Below, piece after piece: positions 17,778-26,772 of a DNA stretch of 64,000 bases. Positions within the stretch are counted from its first letter, which is position 1. Every line of letters starts with the position of its first letter. The position numbers were made by a program, and so were the translations under genes. The notes beneath the pieces are model-generated. The model did no database searches. It was not told where the DNA came from and was given only the letters and a program-made list of their open reading frames with translations. Where the stretch lies: contig JAQWTH010000008.1 of the NCBI GenBank assembly GCA_029242795.1, forward strand, positions 11,260 to 75,259. The letters run 5' to 3'. The stretch comes from Candidatus Pelagibacterales bacterium (GTDB lineage: Bacteria; Pseudomonadota; Alphaproteobacteria; Pelagibacterales; AG-422-B15).

Positions 17778-17993
17778 ATGGCTACAGTAACAAACTGGGT
17801 AGAACAATTAAACTCCGGAGATGGAGTAGTTTATCCCTTCGCAGGAACAGAGTTGTACTGGCTAATCTTATGTATAGCGATCTGGATCGTATGGCACATC
17901 ATGACAAGCGCTAGTGAAACAGAGCATATGAATGATTTAGCAATTAGGAATCCTGGTCCTGACGCGCACAAAGATAATATTACCGACTGGTAA
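17778..17993 (+). CDS. Small single-TM membrane protein following amt
   Basis: 71-aa ORF 15 nt after the amt stop codon with AAGGA upstream of the ATG. One hydrophobic helix (LYWLILCIAIWIVWHIM). A terminator hairpin follows. Confidence 0.5.
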   Translation: MATVTNWVEQLNSGDGVVYPFAGTELYWLILCIAIWIVWHIMTSASETEHMNDLAIRNPGPDAHKDNITDW

Positions 17994-18011
17994 TATTCTC
18001 TAAGAAAATTA

Positions 18012-18048
18012 ATAAAGGACGTTTTTCACTGGCGTCCTTTATTATTCA
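18012..18048 (+). terminator. Rho-independent terminator after the amt unit
   Basis: ATAAAGGACG-(11 nt loop)-CGTCCTTTAT forms a perfect 10-bp stem followed by TATT. Confidence 0.6.
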
Positions 18049-18066
18049 AGATACAATTTTAACAGT

Positions 18067-18216
18067 ATGTCTGAAAAAAAATTAGAAGAGCAAGAGTCTG
18101 CAACACCTCCTCTAATGAGTAGAATTGCTTTTCCAAAAGCAAAATATGGCCTGTATGCTGCAATCGCAATTATAGTTATAGTAATTTCACTTATGTATAG
18201 AGATTATATAATTTAA
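18067..18216 (+). CDS. Possible 49-aa single-TM peptide (not in ORF track)
   Basis: My translation is MSEKKLEEQESATPPLMSRIAFPKAKYGLYAAIAIIVIVISLMYRDYII*. Ends 4 nt before the next gene. No obvious SD sequence. Confidence 0.25.
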   Translation: MSEKKLEEQESATPPLMSRIAFPKAKYGLYAAIAIIVIVISLMYRDYII

Positions 18217-18220
18217 TATA

Positions 18221-18919
18221 ATGAAATTTTTGGTACTGCAGCATATTCCTATTGAGCATCCAGGAATTTTTAGAGATTTTATGAAGAAAGATAATATTGA
18301 AATTCACACAGTTGAATTGGACGAGGGTGAAACTATTCCAGATTTAAAATCATACGATGCAATGATAGTAATGGGTGGACCAATGGATACTTGGCAGGAA
18401 GAAGAATATTCATGGCTAAAGCCTGAAAAAGAAAGTATCTATGAATTTGCGTGTATACAAAAAAAACCATATTTAGGACTTTGTTTAGGAGCACAGCTAT
18501 TAGGAGAAGTAATAGGTGGAGAAGTAAAAAAAATGAAAATTCCTGAAATAGGAGCATTGACAATTGATATTTCAAATCATGAAACTATATTCAAAAATAT
18601 GCCAAATAAGATCAAAGTTCTTCAATGGCATTCATATGAAGTATCGAATCTTCCAAAGGAAGCTAATTTACTCGCATCTTCTAATAAATGTTTAGTTCAG
18701 GCATTTTCTTTTAATAAAGCTTTTGGACTACAATTTCATGTTGAACAGACGGAAAACACTGTTCCACAATGGAGTTGTGTTCCTGAGTATAAATTAGCTT
18801 TAGAAGAAACTCTTGGTGATGGAGCGCTAGAAAAATTTGAAAAAGATATCAATTATAATTTGATTGATTTTAATAAAAAAGCTGAGCAGATATATAATAA
18901 TTTCCTTCAAGTTTTCTAA
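18221..18919 (+). CDS. Class-I (type 1) glutamine amidotransferase-like protein
   Basis: 232 aa. Nucleophile elbow GLCLGAQLL and the QFHVE motif are typical of the GATase1 (GuaA N-domain-like) family. Confidence 0.8.
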   Translation: MKFLVLQHIPIEHPGIFRDFMKKDNIEIHTVELDEGETIPDLKSYDAMIVMGGPMDTWQEEEYSWLKPEKESIYEFACIQKKPYLGLCLGAQLLGEVIGGEVKKMKIPEIGALTIDISNHETIFKNMPNKIKVLQWHSYEVSNLPKEANLLASSNKCLVQAFSFNKAFGLQFHVEQTENTVPQWSCVPEYKLALEETLGDGALEKFEKDINYNLIDFNKKAEQIYNNFLQVF

Positions 18920-18948
18920 TTACTAAAATATAATTTACAAAAACATTT

Positions 18949-19770
18949 ATGAAAAAGAAATTCTCTTATTCATCTAGTGATGAATTATCAAGACCACGAA
19001 AATTTATTGTAAATAGTATTGAAAAAATAAGTGGTCGAAAGAAATTAGAAAAACTCTATGAATCATATGATGAGGAAACAAGAGACCCACATTTGTTTTG
19101 GTCAGATGTAAAAAATCTTCTTAAATTAAAGATCAATATTAAATCAAAGAAGAAATTTAGAATTCCAAAAAAGGGTCCATTAATAATAATAGCTAATCAT
19201 CCATTTGGCATTATTGATGGAATTATTTTATCATCAATGGTTTCTGAGATTCGAACAGATTTTAAGATTATCACAATGGATGTTCTTAAATTTACAAAGG
19301 CATCTGAGCAATTTATTCTTCCAGTTGATTTTAGTAGCTCTAAAAAAGCGATTAAAAATAATATTCAAACTGGAAGAAAGGCAAAAAAATACCTTGATGA
19401 AGGGGGAGTCGTCATTTTTTTCCCTGCTGGTGGAGTTGCCGTTGCAAAAAAAATTAAAGCTCCAGCTGTTGATGCTGAATGGGGCAACTTACTGGGTTCT
19501 CTTGTTTTAAAAACAGATGCTGATGTTTTACCAGTCTTTTTTGATGGCAAGAATGGAATTTTGTTTCATTTATTTGCATCAAAGTTAAAAAGTCAAACGT
19601 TAAAATACTCTTCGTATCTGCATGAAACAAAAAGGAAGATAGGTAAAACAATTGATCTACATTGTGGTCCATTGATTAAAAATGAAACGTTAAAAACAAT
19701 AGATGATAAGAAAAAAATAACTTTAATGTTAAGAGATTTCACCATGTCTTTACCAATGCAATCTCTTTAA
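18949..19770 (+). CDS. Phospholipid/glycerol acyltransferase-family protein (PlsC/lyso-lipid acyltransferase-like)
   Basis: 273 aa. The acyltransferase block ANHPFGIIDG (H..D motif) is followed by FFPAGG. Confidence 0.7.
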   Translation: MKKKFSYSSSDELSRPRKFIVNSIEKISGRKKLEKLYESYDEETRDPHLFWSDVKNLLKLKINIKSKKKFRIPKKGPLIIIANHPFGIIDGIILSSMVSEIRTDFKIITMDVLKFTKASEQFILPVDFSSSKKAIKNNIQTGRKAKKYLDEGGVVIFFPAGGVAVAKKIKAPAVDAEWGNLLGSLVLKTDADVLPVFFDGKNGILFHLFASKLKSQTLKYSSYLHETKRKIGKTIDLHCGPLIKNETLKTIDDKKKITLMLRDFTMSLPMQSL

Positions 19771-19816
19771 TTGATTTTTCTATTTTGATTTTTTTAAAAC
19801 AATTGTAACATAAGTA

Positions 19817-20968
19817 GTGTCTCAAAAATCCCCTATTTTAACGTCAGTTACTAAATCTCTACCCTTTACTTGGTATTTTAATGAAAACCATTTTAAAAAA
19901 GAATTAAATAAAATCTGGTCTGATGAATGGATTTATGCATGCCATGAAAATAGTATTAAGGAGCCACTTAGTTTTATTACTTTAAAAATTGCACAATTTG
20001 ATATTATAATTTTAAGGGATAGGAATGGTGTTATTTGTTCTTACCTCAATACTTGTAATCACCGAGGCTCAACACTTTGTAAAGAGAGTCAAGGAAAGCT
20101 AAAGACACCTTTACTTTCATGCCCCTATCATCAATGGTCTTATAATACATCAGATGGAAAGCTTATTAAAACTTCTTCATTTGTGACTCCTAAAGATTTT
20201 GATAAATCGAAATTAAGTCTAACAAAAGTAAAATTTAAAATATGGAATGGATTAATCTTCATTAATCTTTCTAAAAAAAATACTCCATGGAATCTTAAAA
20301 GTAGATTTCAAGATTATGACTCAATTATATCTGAAATCGAGTTTGAAAAATTTGAATTAGGTCACCAATGGAGCAAGATAATAAATTGTAATTGGAAAAT
20401 ATTTTGGGAGAACTATAGTGAATGTCTTCATTGTCCAAATATCCATCCAGAATTATCTGACTTGGTGCCAATTTATAGTAGACGTTTAATGGATATTAAA
20501 GAGGATCCTGATTGGAAAGAAAAAATAAAAAATGATAATCCAAAATTTAGTGGTGGTCTGAGAAAAGGTTCAGAAACTTGGTCACTCGATGGAAGTGCTC
20601 AGGGAAGAATTATTCAAAAATTAAAAGGTAAAAATGATTTTAGTGGTCATATTTATATTACAAATTGGCCCTCAATGTTTTTAGCAATTTTCGCTGACCA
20701 TGTAAGAGTTGTTCGAATATTACCAATTAATAATGAACGAACTGAGGTTTCCGCAGAGTGGCTATTTGAAAAAGAAACCAATAATGATAAAAAATATGAC
20801 AAAAAAAATGTAATTGATTTTGCAATAAAAGTTATGTCTCAAGATGGAGAAGCATGTGAATTAAACCAAAAGGGGCTGTATAATCCTGGAATAAACTCTG
20901 GAGTATTAATGCCAGAGGAGTATGAAGTGAAACGATTTCAAGACTGGGTTAGAAGCAAAGTCAAATAA
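19817..20968 (+). CDS. Rieske [2Fe-2S] non-haem iron oxygenase, alpha-subunit type
   Basis: GTG start. Rieske motif CNHRGSTLC...CPYHQWSY. Mononuclear-iron motif NYSECLHCPNIHPE. 383 aa. Confidence 0.85.
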   Translation: MSQKSPILTSVTKSLPFTWYFNENHFKKELNKIWSDEWIYACHENSIKEPLSFITLKIAQFDIIILRDRNGVICSYLNTCNHRGSTLCKESQGKLKTPLLSCPYHQWSYNTSDGKLIKTSSFVTPKDFDKSKLSLTKVKFKIWNGLIFINLSKKNTPWNLKSRFQDYDSIISEIEFEKFELGHQWSKIINCNWKIFWENYSECLHCPNIHPELSDLVPIYSRRLMDIKEDPDWKEKIKNDNPKFSGGLRKGSETWSLDGSAQGRIIQKLKGKNDFSGHIYITNWPSMFLAIFADHVRVVRILPINNERTEVSAEWLFEKETNNDKKYDKKNVIDFAIKVMSQDGEACELNQKGLYNPGINSGVLMPEEYEVKRFQDWVRSKVK

Positions 20969-21020
20969 TTTTTATCTTAATAAAGATTACATATTAATTA
21001 TTTGATGTATTCTTTTTCAA

Positions 21021-21869
21021 ATGTCACGTTTATTTCCAATATTGTTTATTTTATTATGGGCTTCTGCTTTTGTAACAAGCAAAGCAATTGTATCTGACTC
21101 ATCTCCATTTGCCGCACTTAGCTTAAGATTTGGTTTTGTAAGCTTTGGTTTCCTTTTATTTTGTCTTTTTACAAACAATAAAATAATGCTTCCAATCAAA
21201 ATTTTTTTCAAAGCGTCAGTGATTGGAATTTGTTTTCATGGGTTATATTTAGGAGGTGTTTTTTATGCTATTGATAAAAATTTATCTGTTGGAGTTACCG
21301 CAATAATAGTCTCATTACAGCCAATACTTACTGCTATATTTGCAGGGCCACTGTTAAAAGAAGTTGTTACCTGGAAACAGTGGATAGGTATTATACTAGG
21401 TTTCTTTGGAACTCTGCTAGTTATAGGATTTGACATTGGAGAATCTATTCCAATAATTGCATTAGTTGCTTCTATTATAGGATTGATAGCGATAACATCG
21501 GGAACACTGCTGCAAAGAAAAATTGGAATTGATATACCTCTTGCAACAAGCAATTTTTATCAAGCTTTCAGTGCCTTTATATTTCTCATAATTGTAACTT
21601 ATCTTTTTGAAAGTCCATTTATCAATTTTTCAAGAGACTTTATTCTTTCGATGAGTTGGCAAATAATTTTTGTTTCATTTGGAGCTTTTACGATTTTACA
21701 ATATTTAATAAATACTGGTACCGCAAGCAGAACAGCTACATTGTTTTTTTTAGTGCCTCCAGTATCTGTTGTAATGGCCTGGCTATTTTTAAATGAACAA
21801 ATGAATATTATAGATATTTTAGGATTAGTGATTGCGACTATAGGTGTGTATATAGCAACAAGGAAATAA
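21021..21869 (+). CDS. EamA/DMT-superfamily transporter
   Basis: 282 aa and about 10 TM helices in two halves, typical of the drug/metabolite transporter (EamA) duplication. Confidence 0.8.
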   Translation: MSRLFPILFILLWASAFVTSKAIVSDSSPFAALSLRFGFVSFGFLLFCLFTNNKIMLPIKIFFKASVIGICFHGLYLGGVFYAIDKNLSVGVTAIIVSLQPILTAIFAGPLLKEVVTWKQWIGIILGFFGTLLVIGFDIGESIPIIALVASIIGLIAITSGTLLQRKIGIDIPLATSNFYQAFSAFIFLIIVTYLFESPFINFSRDFILSMSWQIIFVSFGAFTILQYLINTGTASRTATLFFLVPPVSVVMAWLFLNEQMNIIDILGLVIATIGVYIATRK

Positions 21870-21873
21870 ATTA

Positions 21874-22743
21874 TTATTTATCTCTATTTTGAAGCTTTAA
21901 ATAATTCAATATAAATAGACTTATAAAAGATATATAAAAGCCAAGAATGGTAGATGAAATTAATGTCTCAATCAGATGATGAGCATTAATAAAAGAAAAT
22001 AATTTTTCTATTAATTGGTTTAAAAAGATAAATCCTACTAGGGCAATTATTCCAGATATGAATTTTAATTTAAGGTTAAACGAATTATTAAATTCAAAAC
22101 TTCTTTTTTCTATAAATTGACCAAGCCAAAACCCAATAATTAAAAAGCCTAATCCAATAACAATTGAAATATCATCATTTGGCCAGATAAATAGAAGGAT
22201 TATTATTAGCAATAAATATATTAAGCCTGGATATTTACTATCAAATTGATTTAGCAAAAAGAGTTTATTTTTTAAAAGTAATTCAATGAATAATAGTGAA
22301 ATTATTCCTAGAATCATCCCTCCGATAACATCGCCTATATCATGTACACCAAGATATATCCTACTAAAAGATACTGAGACAAGAAGGAACATAGCCACTG
22401 CTTTGATAAATATATTATTACTTTTTAGAAATATGAATCCCCATATCACAACAGCTAAGTGAGCATGACCACTTGGAAAGCCAAATGATGGATCAAATGT
22501 ATTTAACCAAGGATCAATGTTTAGAGAGTCATCTGGTCGAGGATCTTTAAATAAAGATTTGGCAAATGAATTTAACAGCGCACTTATGAAAACTAATTGT
22601 GGTAACGCACTGTATATTTTTCGATCACAGAACCAGTAACAAAATGGAATAAAAAGAAATAAAAAATCACTATAACCTAACCAAGTTATATATTGAAATA
22701 ATGGAGTTATTATTGGACTTCTAATTAATAATACCCACTCCAT
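21874..22743 (-). CDS. PAP2-family membrane phosphatase with C-terminal TM extension
   Basis: PAP2 motifs KDPRPDD, PSGH and SRIYLGVHDIGDV, with extra TM helices C-terminal to them. Confidence 0.8.
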   Translation of the reverse strand: MEWVLLIRSPIITPLFQYITWLGYSDFLFLFIPFCYWFCDRKIYSALPQLVFISALLNSFAKSLFKDPRPDDSLNIDPWLNTFDPSFGFPSGHAHLAVVIWGFIFLKSNNIFIKAVAMFLLVSVSFSRIYLGVHDIGDVIGGMILGIISLLFIELLLKNKLFLLNQFDSKYPGLIYLLLIIILLFIWPNDDISIVIGLGFLIIGFWLGQFIEKRSFEFNNSFNLKLKFISGIIALVGFIFLNQLIEKLFSFINAHHLIETLISSTILGFYISFISLFILNYLKLQNRDK

Positions 22744-22748
22744 ACTGA

Positions 22749-23480
22749 TTAATTGAATAAAGTGCCTGGCGCACTTACAGTCTTTACCTCAGAAATAGAC
22801 AACATATTCCATGCCAATGCTAAATTTGAAGAGATCACTGGCTTTTTTATTAAACTTTCTGCTTCATTGATAATATTGAATGTCTTTAAATTTGTGCAAG
22901 ATGCAAAGACTGCTTCATTATCTGAATTATTAATATCAACAATTGCTCGAAGTGTGTCATTTTCTGAAATCTTAGCAACGACAGAGTCATTATCTTCCTC
23001 GAAACATATTATATTCGTTATTTCAAATCCTTTTTTTTCCAAATAGTTCTTTAATACTTTAGTAACTGTGGTTGAGTATGGTGAAACAAAAGAAATTTTT
23101 TTGCAGTTTAGTTTTTTAAGTGCTTTTATTACGGAATCTATAGGGTCAGTAACTTGGGTATTTGTATGCTTTGATTGAATTAATGACTTAACTTTATCTG
23201 AGCCAATAATCGTTGAGGCGGATGTACAAGCATAACCGATTACATTATATCTTGCAGTACTGGGAAGAAGTTCCGCAGCTGCTGGTAAATCAATCTCCAT
23301 TTGGGATAATGTTTCAGGTGTTACTTTTGGATGACATGGTATTCGAGAGTGTAATAGTGAAATATTATTATCAATTATTGATCGAAATTCATGTTCAATT
23401 GTTTCATCTGACTTTAAGACAATTAGACCTAGGCTTGCTTTATAGAAATCTGGTTTTATTAATTGAAAGTCATAGGACAT
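22749..23480 (-). CDS. Asp/Glu/hydantoin racemase-superfamily protein (maleate isomerase / arylmalonate decarboxylase-like)
   Basis: 243 aa. Two candidate catalytic Cys contexts, GYACTSAS and FASCTNL, as in maleate cis-trans isomerase-type proteins. Confidence 0.7.
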   Translation of the reverse strand: MSYDFQLIKPDFYKASLGLIVLKSDETIEHEFRSIIDNNISLLHSRIPCHPKVTPETLSQMEIDLPAAAELLPSTARYNVIGYACTSASTIIGSDKVKSLIQSKHTNTQVTDPIDSVIKALKKLNCKKISFVSPYSTTVTKVLKNYLEKKGFEITNIICFEEDNDSVVAKISENDTLRAIVDINNSDNEAVFASCTNLKTFNIINEAESLIKKPVISSNLALAWNMLSISEVKTVSAPGTLFN

Positions 23481-23649
23481 ATTTATAACCTTATATATGT
23501 TATTGATTTAATTCAATAAATTTAAATTTGGAATTATTGTGATAATAAAACGAATTATATATAATTTTTGTACCATTTCACATGGTTAAAAAGTGGCCGA
23601 TCTACATCGGTTAAAAGTAGGTTAAAACAACTAACTAAGGAGGAGTTGT

Positions 23650-23850
23650 ATGATGCAAAGAATGCATGCAGTTCTATCGCGTTTTAGCCGAAGCCAAGCC
23701 AAGCAAAAGCGTGAAAGGATGATGAATCATGTTCTTGTTAACTCTGTTAATACGAATGGCAATGGTACATCAGGATATACAGTCAAAGAAGGACCTAATA
23801 AAGGAAAAGTTCTGAAACACATTACTGTTAAACATCCAAATAAAATTTAA
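23650..23850 (+). CDS. Orphan small basic protein, 66 aa
   Basis: Strong SD (AAGGAGG) 6-7 nt upstream of the ATG and a 13-bp hairpin downstream. No recognisable family. Confidence 0.45.
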   Translation: MMQRMHAVLSRFSRSQAKQKRERMMNHVLVNSVNTNGNGTSGYTVKEGPNKGKVLKHITVKHPNKI

Positions 23851-23860
23851 TCAACAATAT

Positions 23861-23898
23861 CTAAAGTCTCTCAATAGATAGTTTGTGAGAGACTTTAG
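23861..23898 (+). terminator. Hairpin terminator after the 66-aa ORF
   Basis: CTAAAGTCTCTCA-(12 nt)-TGAGAGACTTTAG forms a perfect 13-bp stem. No clear T-run follows. Confidence 0.5.
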
Positions 23899-23954
23899 GC
23901 AAAAGATTTAGTAATTGCTCATTAAATTTAAATAGTTTAAAAAAAGGGTAGAGT

Positions 23955-25037
23955 ATGAATACATTTGTAGAAAATTCTTATTTTGGAAATGGTTTTCCAG
24001 ATGATCCAATTTTAAGAGATCAAAATATGATTGTACGAACTGATGTTGACACTGTTCGTAAAGTTGTAAAAGCTTGTCTGAAACCAGAAGTGTCACCTTT
24101 AGTTGATTCTGAACTCGCTAAAAAAATAGGAATTAAATCTCTCTGGTTCAAAGATGAACGCAATCGTCTTGGAATAGGAAGCTTTAAGGCAATTGGTGCT
24201 TCATATGTTATGGCTCATGAGGTAGTGGATAAAATTGGTTTTGACTTTAATGATGAGGATCTTAAGTCATCTCTAAAAGGTAGAACATTTATAACTGCTA
24301 GTGCTGGTAACCATGGAATTTCCCTAGCTTTTGGTGCTCAACAATTTGGTGCTAAGGCAATTATTTATCTTTCAAAAACTGTCCCTTCAAATTTTGCAGA
24401 TTATATAAAAACTTTTGGAGCAGAAGTTGTTATAGAAGGCAAAAATTATGAAGCCAGTATGACAGCTGCTGAAAAGGCATCCAAAGAAAATGATTGGACT
24501 CTTTTATCTGACTCGACATGGGAAGGGTATTCAGCTGGAATAGATGTTATGGCAGGATATTTGGTCATGGCGTCAGAGGCTTTTGAACAATGCCCTGAAA
24601 CTCCAACACATATTTTTCTTCAGGGAGGAATAGGGGGTTACCCAGCATCTGTTGCTGCATGTGCCCGCAAATATTATGGAGATGAACCAAAAATAGTCAT
24701 AGTCGAACCTACTGAAGGAAGAGTTCTTCAAGCCTCTATTGAAGCAGGTAAACCAGTTGAGTCACCTGGTGAAGTTTCAAATATGGGAAGGTTAGATTGC
24801 AAGGTTGCTTCATTAGGAGCCTTATCATCTTTAGCGCAAACATCTAATTATTTTATGACCATAACTGATGAGGAAGCCACTCAGTGCTTGTCAGAACTTG
24901 AAGAAAATGGCCTAAAGACATCAGAGTCAGGTGGAGCAGGATATGCTGGTTTACTTAAGTGTATTAAAAATAATGGTTGCGAAATAACTTCTGATAGTAA
25001 AGTGCTATTAATACTCACAGAGAAAAAACCTGATTAG
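23955..25037 (+). CDS. PLP-dependent beta-family enzyme, diaminopropionate ammonia-lyase-like
   Basis: 360 aa. PLP-lysine context [10 protein letters not shown] (compare the AFKxLGA motif of DAP ammonia-lyases) and SAGNHG. Confidence 0.7.
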   Translation: MNTFVENSYFGNGFPDDPILRDQNMIVRTDVDTVRKVVKACLKPEVSPLVDSELAKKIGIKSLWFKDERNRLGIGSFKAIGASYVMAHEVVDKIGFDFNDEDLKSSLKGRTFITASAGNHGISLAFGAQQFGAKAIIYLSKTVPSNFADYIKTFGAEVVIEGKNYEASMTAAEKASKENDWTLLSDSTWEGYSAGIDVMAGYLVMASEAFEQCPETPTHIFLQGGIGGYPASVAACARKYYGDEPKIVIVEPTEGRVLQASIEAGKPVESPGEVSNMGRLDCKVASLGALSSLAQTSNYFMTITDEEATQCLSELEENGLKTSESGGAGYAGLLKCIKNNGCEITSDSKVLLILTEKKPD

Positions 25038-25084
25038 TTCAGAGTTTTAGAGACAATCCTAAAAATATTGGTATAAGAGCCACA

Positions 25085-26014
25085 ATGAATTCTCTTATAT
25101 CAATCAAAAACTTATCAAAAGTTTATTCTAATAATTTTAAGGCTTTATATAATATTAATTTGGACATCAATAAAGGGGAAATTTTTGCCCTTCTAGGACC
25201 AAATGGTGCTGGAAAAACAACTCTCATTAGTATTATCTGTGGAATTGTAACTCCATCTGCTGGAACAGTTTTAGTAAATGGAAATGATATTATCAAAGAT
25301 TATAGGTTAACCAGATCTGAAATTGGTCTAGTCCCACAAGAACTTACTTTAGAACAATTTGAAAATGTATTTAGTAACGTTTGTTATACAAGGGGACTTT
25401 ACGGTAAATCACCTAATCCGTCATACGTTGAAAAAATATTAAAGGAATTAAGTCTTTGGGATAAAAAAAATTCAAGAATAAATGAGTTATCGGGAGGAAT
25501 GAAAAGGCGAGTTCTGATAGCAAAAGCACTTTCTCATGAACCGTCTATCTTATTTTTAGATGAACCAACCGCTGGTGTAGATGTTGAATTGAGACAAGAT
25601 ATGTGGAAAGTTGTTGAGTCTTTACGAAAAACAGGAGTAACGATTATTCTTACCACTCACTATATTGAAGAAGCAGAAGCTATTGCTGATCGAGTAGGAG
25701 TTATCAATAATGGTGAGATGATTGTAGTTAACGATACAGCTGAGTTAATCAAAAGTATGGGAAGAAAGAAGCTAACAATTGATCTTCATGAAAAAATAAA
25801 TTCAATTCCTACATTACTTGATAAATACAGTTTAAAATTAATTAATGAGGGACTTTCTGTGTGTTATTCATATGATACTCAAGGCTCACAAACTGGAATT
25901 ACTTCATTATTACAAGATATAAAAGAGACTGGTCTTAGATTAAAAGATATAAAAACAGAACAAAGTTCATTAGAAAATATTTTTGTTGAACTAGTTCAGA
26001 AAGATGAAAAATGA
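25085..26014 (+). CDS. ABC-2 type exporter ATP-binding protein
   Basis: Walker [10 protein letters not shown], signature LSGGMKRR and Walker [13 protein letters not shown]. Confidence 0.9.
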   Translation: MNSLISIKNLSKVYSNNFKALYNINLDINKGEIFALLGPNGAGKTTLISIICGIVTPSAGTVLVNGNDIIKDYRLTRSEIGLVPQELTLEQFENVFSNVCYTRGLYGKSPNPSYVEKILKELSLWDKKNSRINELSGGMKRRVLIAKALSHEPSILFLDEPTAGVDVELRQDMWKVVESLRKTGVTIILTTHYIEEAEAIADRVGVINNGEMIVVNDTAELIKSMGRKKLTIDLHEKINSIPTLLDKYSLKLINEGLSVCYSYDTQGSQTGITSLLQDIKETGLRLKDIKTEQSSLENIFVELVQKDEK

Positions 26015-26772
26015 ATTTTTACGCGATAAGAGCTATATACCTTCATGAAATGGATAGAATGCGTAGGACGTTATTTCAAAGTATTTTATCGCCAGTTATT
26101 TCAACTTCATTATATTTTATTGTCTTTGGTTCTGTGATCGGTGGGATGATACCTCAAATAGATGGTGTTACATATGGTTCATTTATCGTTCCAGGACTAC
26201 TTATGCTAACACTCCTAACTCAGAGTATTTCAAATTCAGCATTTGGAATTTTTTTTCCTAAATTTACAGGCTCAATATATGAGGTTTTGGCTGCTCCAAT
26301 TTCATCACTTGAAATTATAATTGGTTTCGTAGGTGCTAGCGCTTCAAAGTCTCTTATAGTTGGAATAATAATACTTATTACCGCTAGTTTTTTTGTGGAA
26401 ATGAAAGTTCAATATCCTTTATTAATGGCATTTTTATTAATTTTGACTTGTTTAACATTTAGTCTATTTGGATTTTTAATTGGAATTATGAGTGAGAATT
26501 TTGAGCAATTACAGGTTGTTCCTTTAATTATAATTACACCTTTAGTTTTTCTTGGCGGTAGTCTTTACTCAATTGATATGCTTCCTGAATTTTGGCAAAA
26601 GATTAGTTATTTTAACCCAGTTGTTTATTTGATTAATGGTATGAGATGGTCATTTTATGGTATATCAGATTTTAATATTTGGATAAGCGTCACCTCGCTT
26701 GTAGCTTTTTTAATGGTATGTATTGCGGGAGTTACAGTAGTGATTAAAAAAGGATATAATATTAAAAATTAA
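26011..26772 (+). CDS. ABC-2 type transporter permease
   Basis: ATGA overlap with the ATPase gene. 253 aa and 6 TM segments, ABC-2/YadH-like. Confidence 0.85.
   Translation: MNFYAIRAIYLHEMDRMRRTLFQSILSPVISTSLYFIVFGSVIGGMIPQIDGVTYGSFIVPGLLMLTLLTQSISNSAFGIFFPKFTGSIYEVLAAPISSLEIIIGFVGASASKSLIVGIIILITASFFVEMKVQYPLLMAFLLILTCLTFSLFGFLIGIMSENFEQLQVVPLIIITPLVFLGGSLYSIDMLPEFWQKISYFNPVVYLINGMRWSFYGISDFNIWISVTSLVAFLMVCIAGVTVVIKKGYNIKN

Noticed and set aside
21017-21553. Minus-strand ORFs of 64 aa and 96 aa overlapping the EamA transporter gene
   Set aside because: They are antisense artefacts. The plus-strand gene shows the expected 10-TM EamA pattern.
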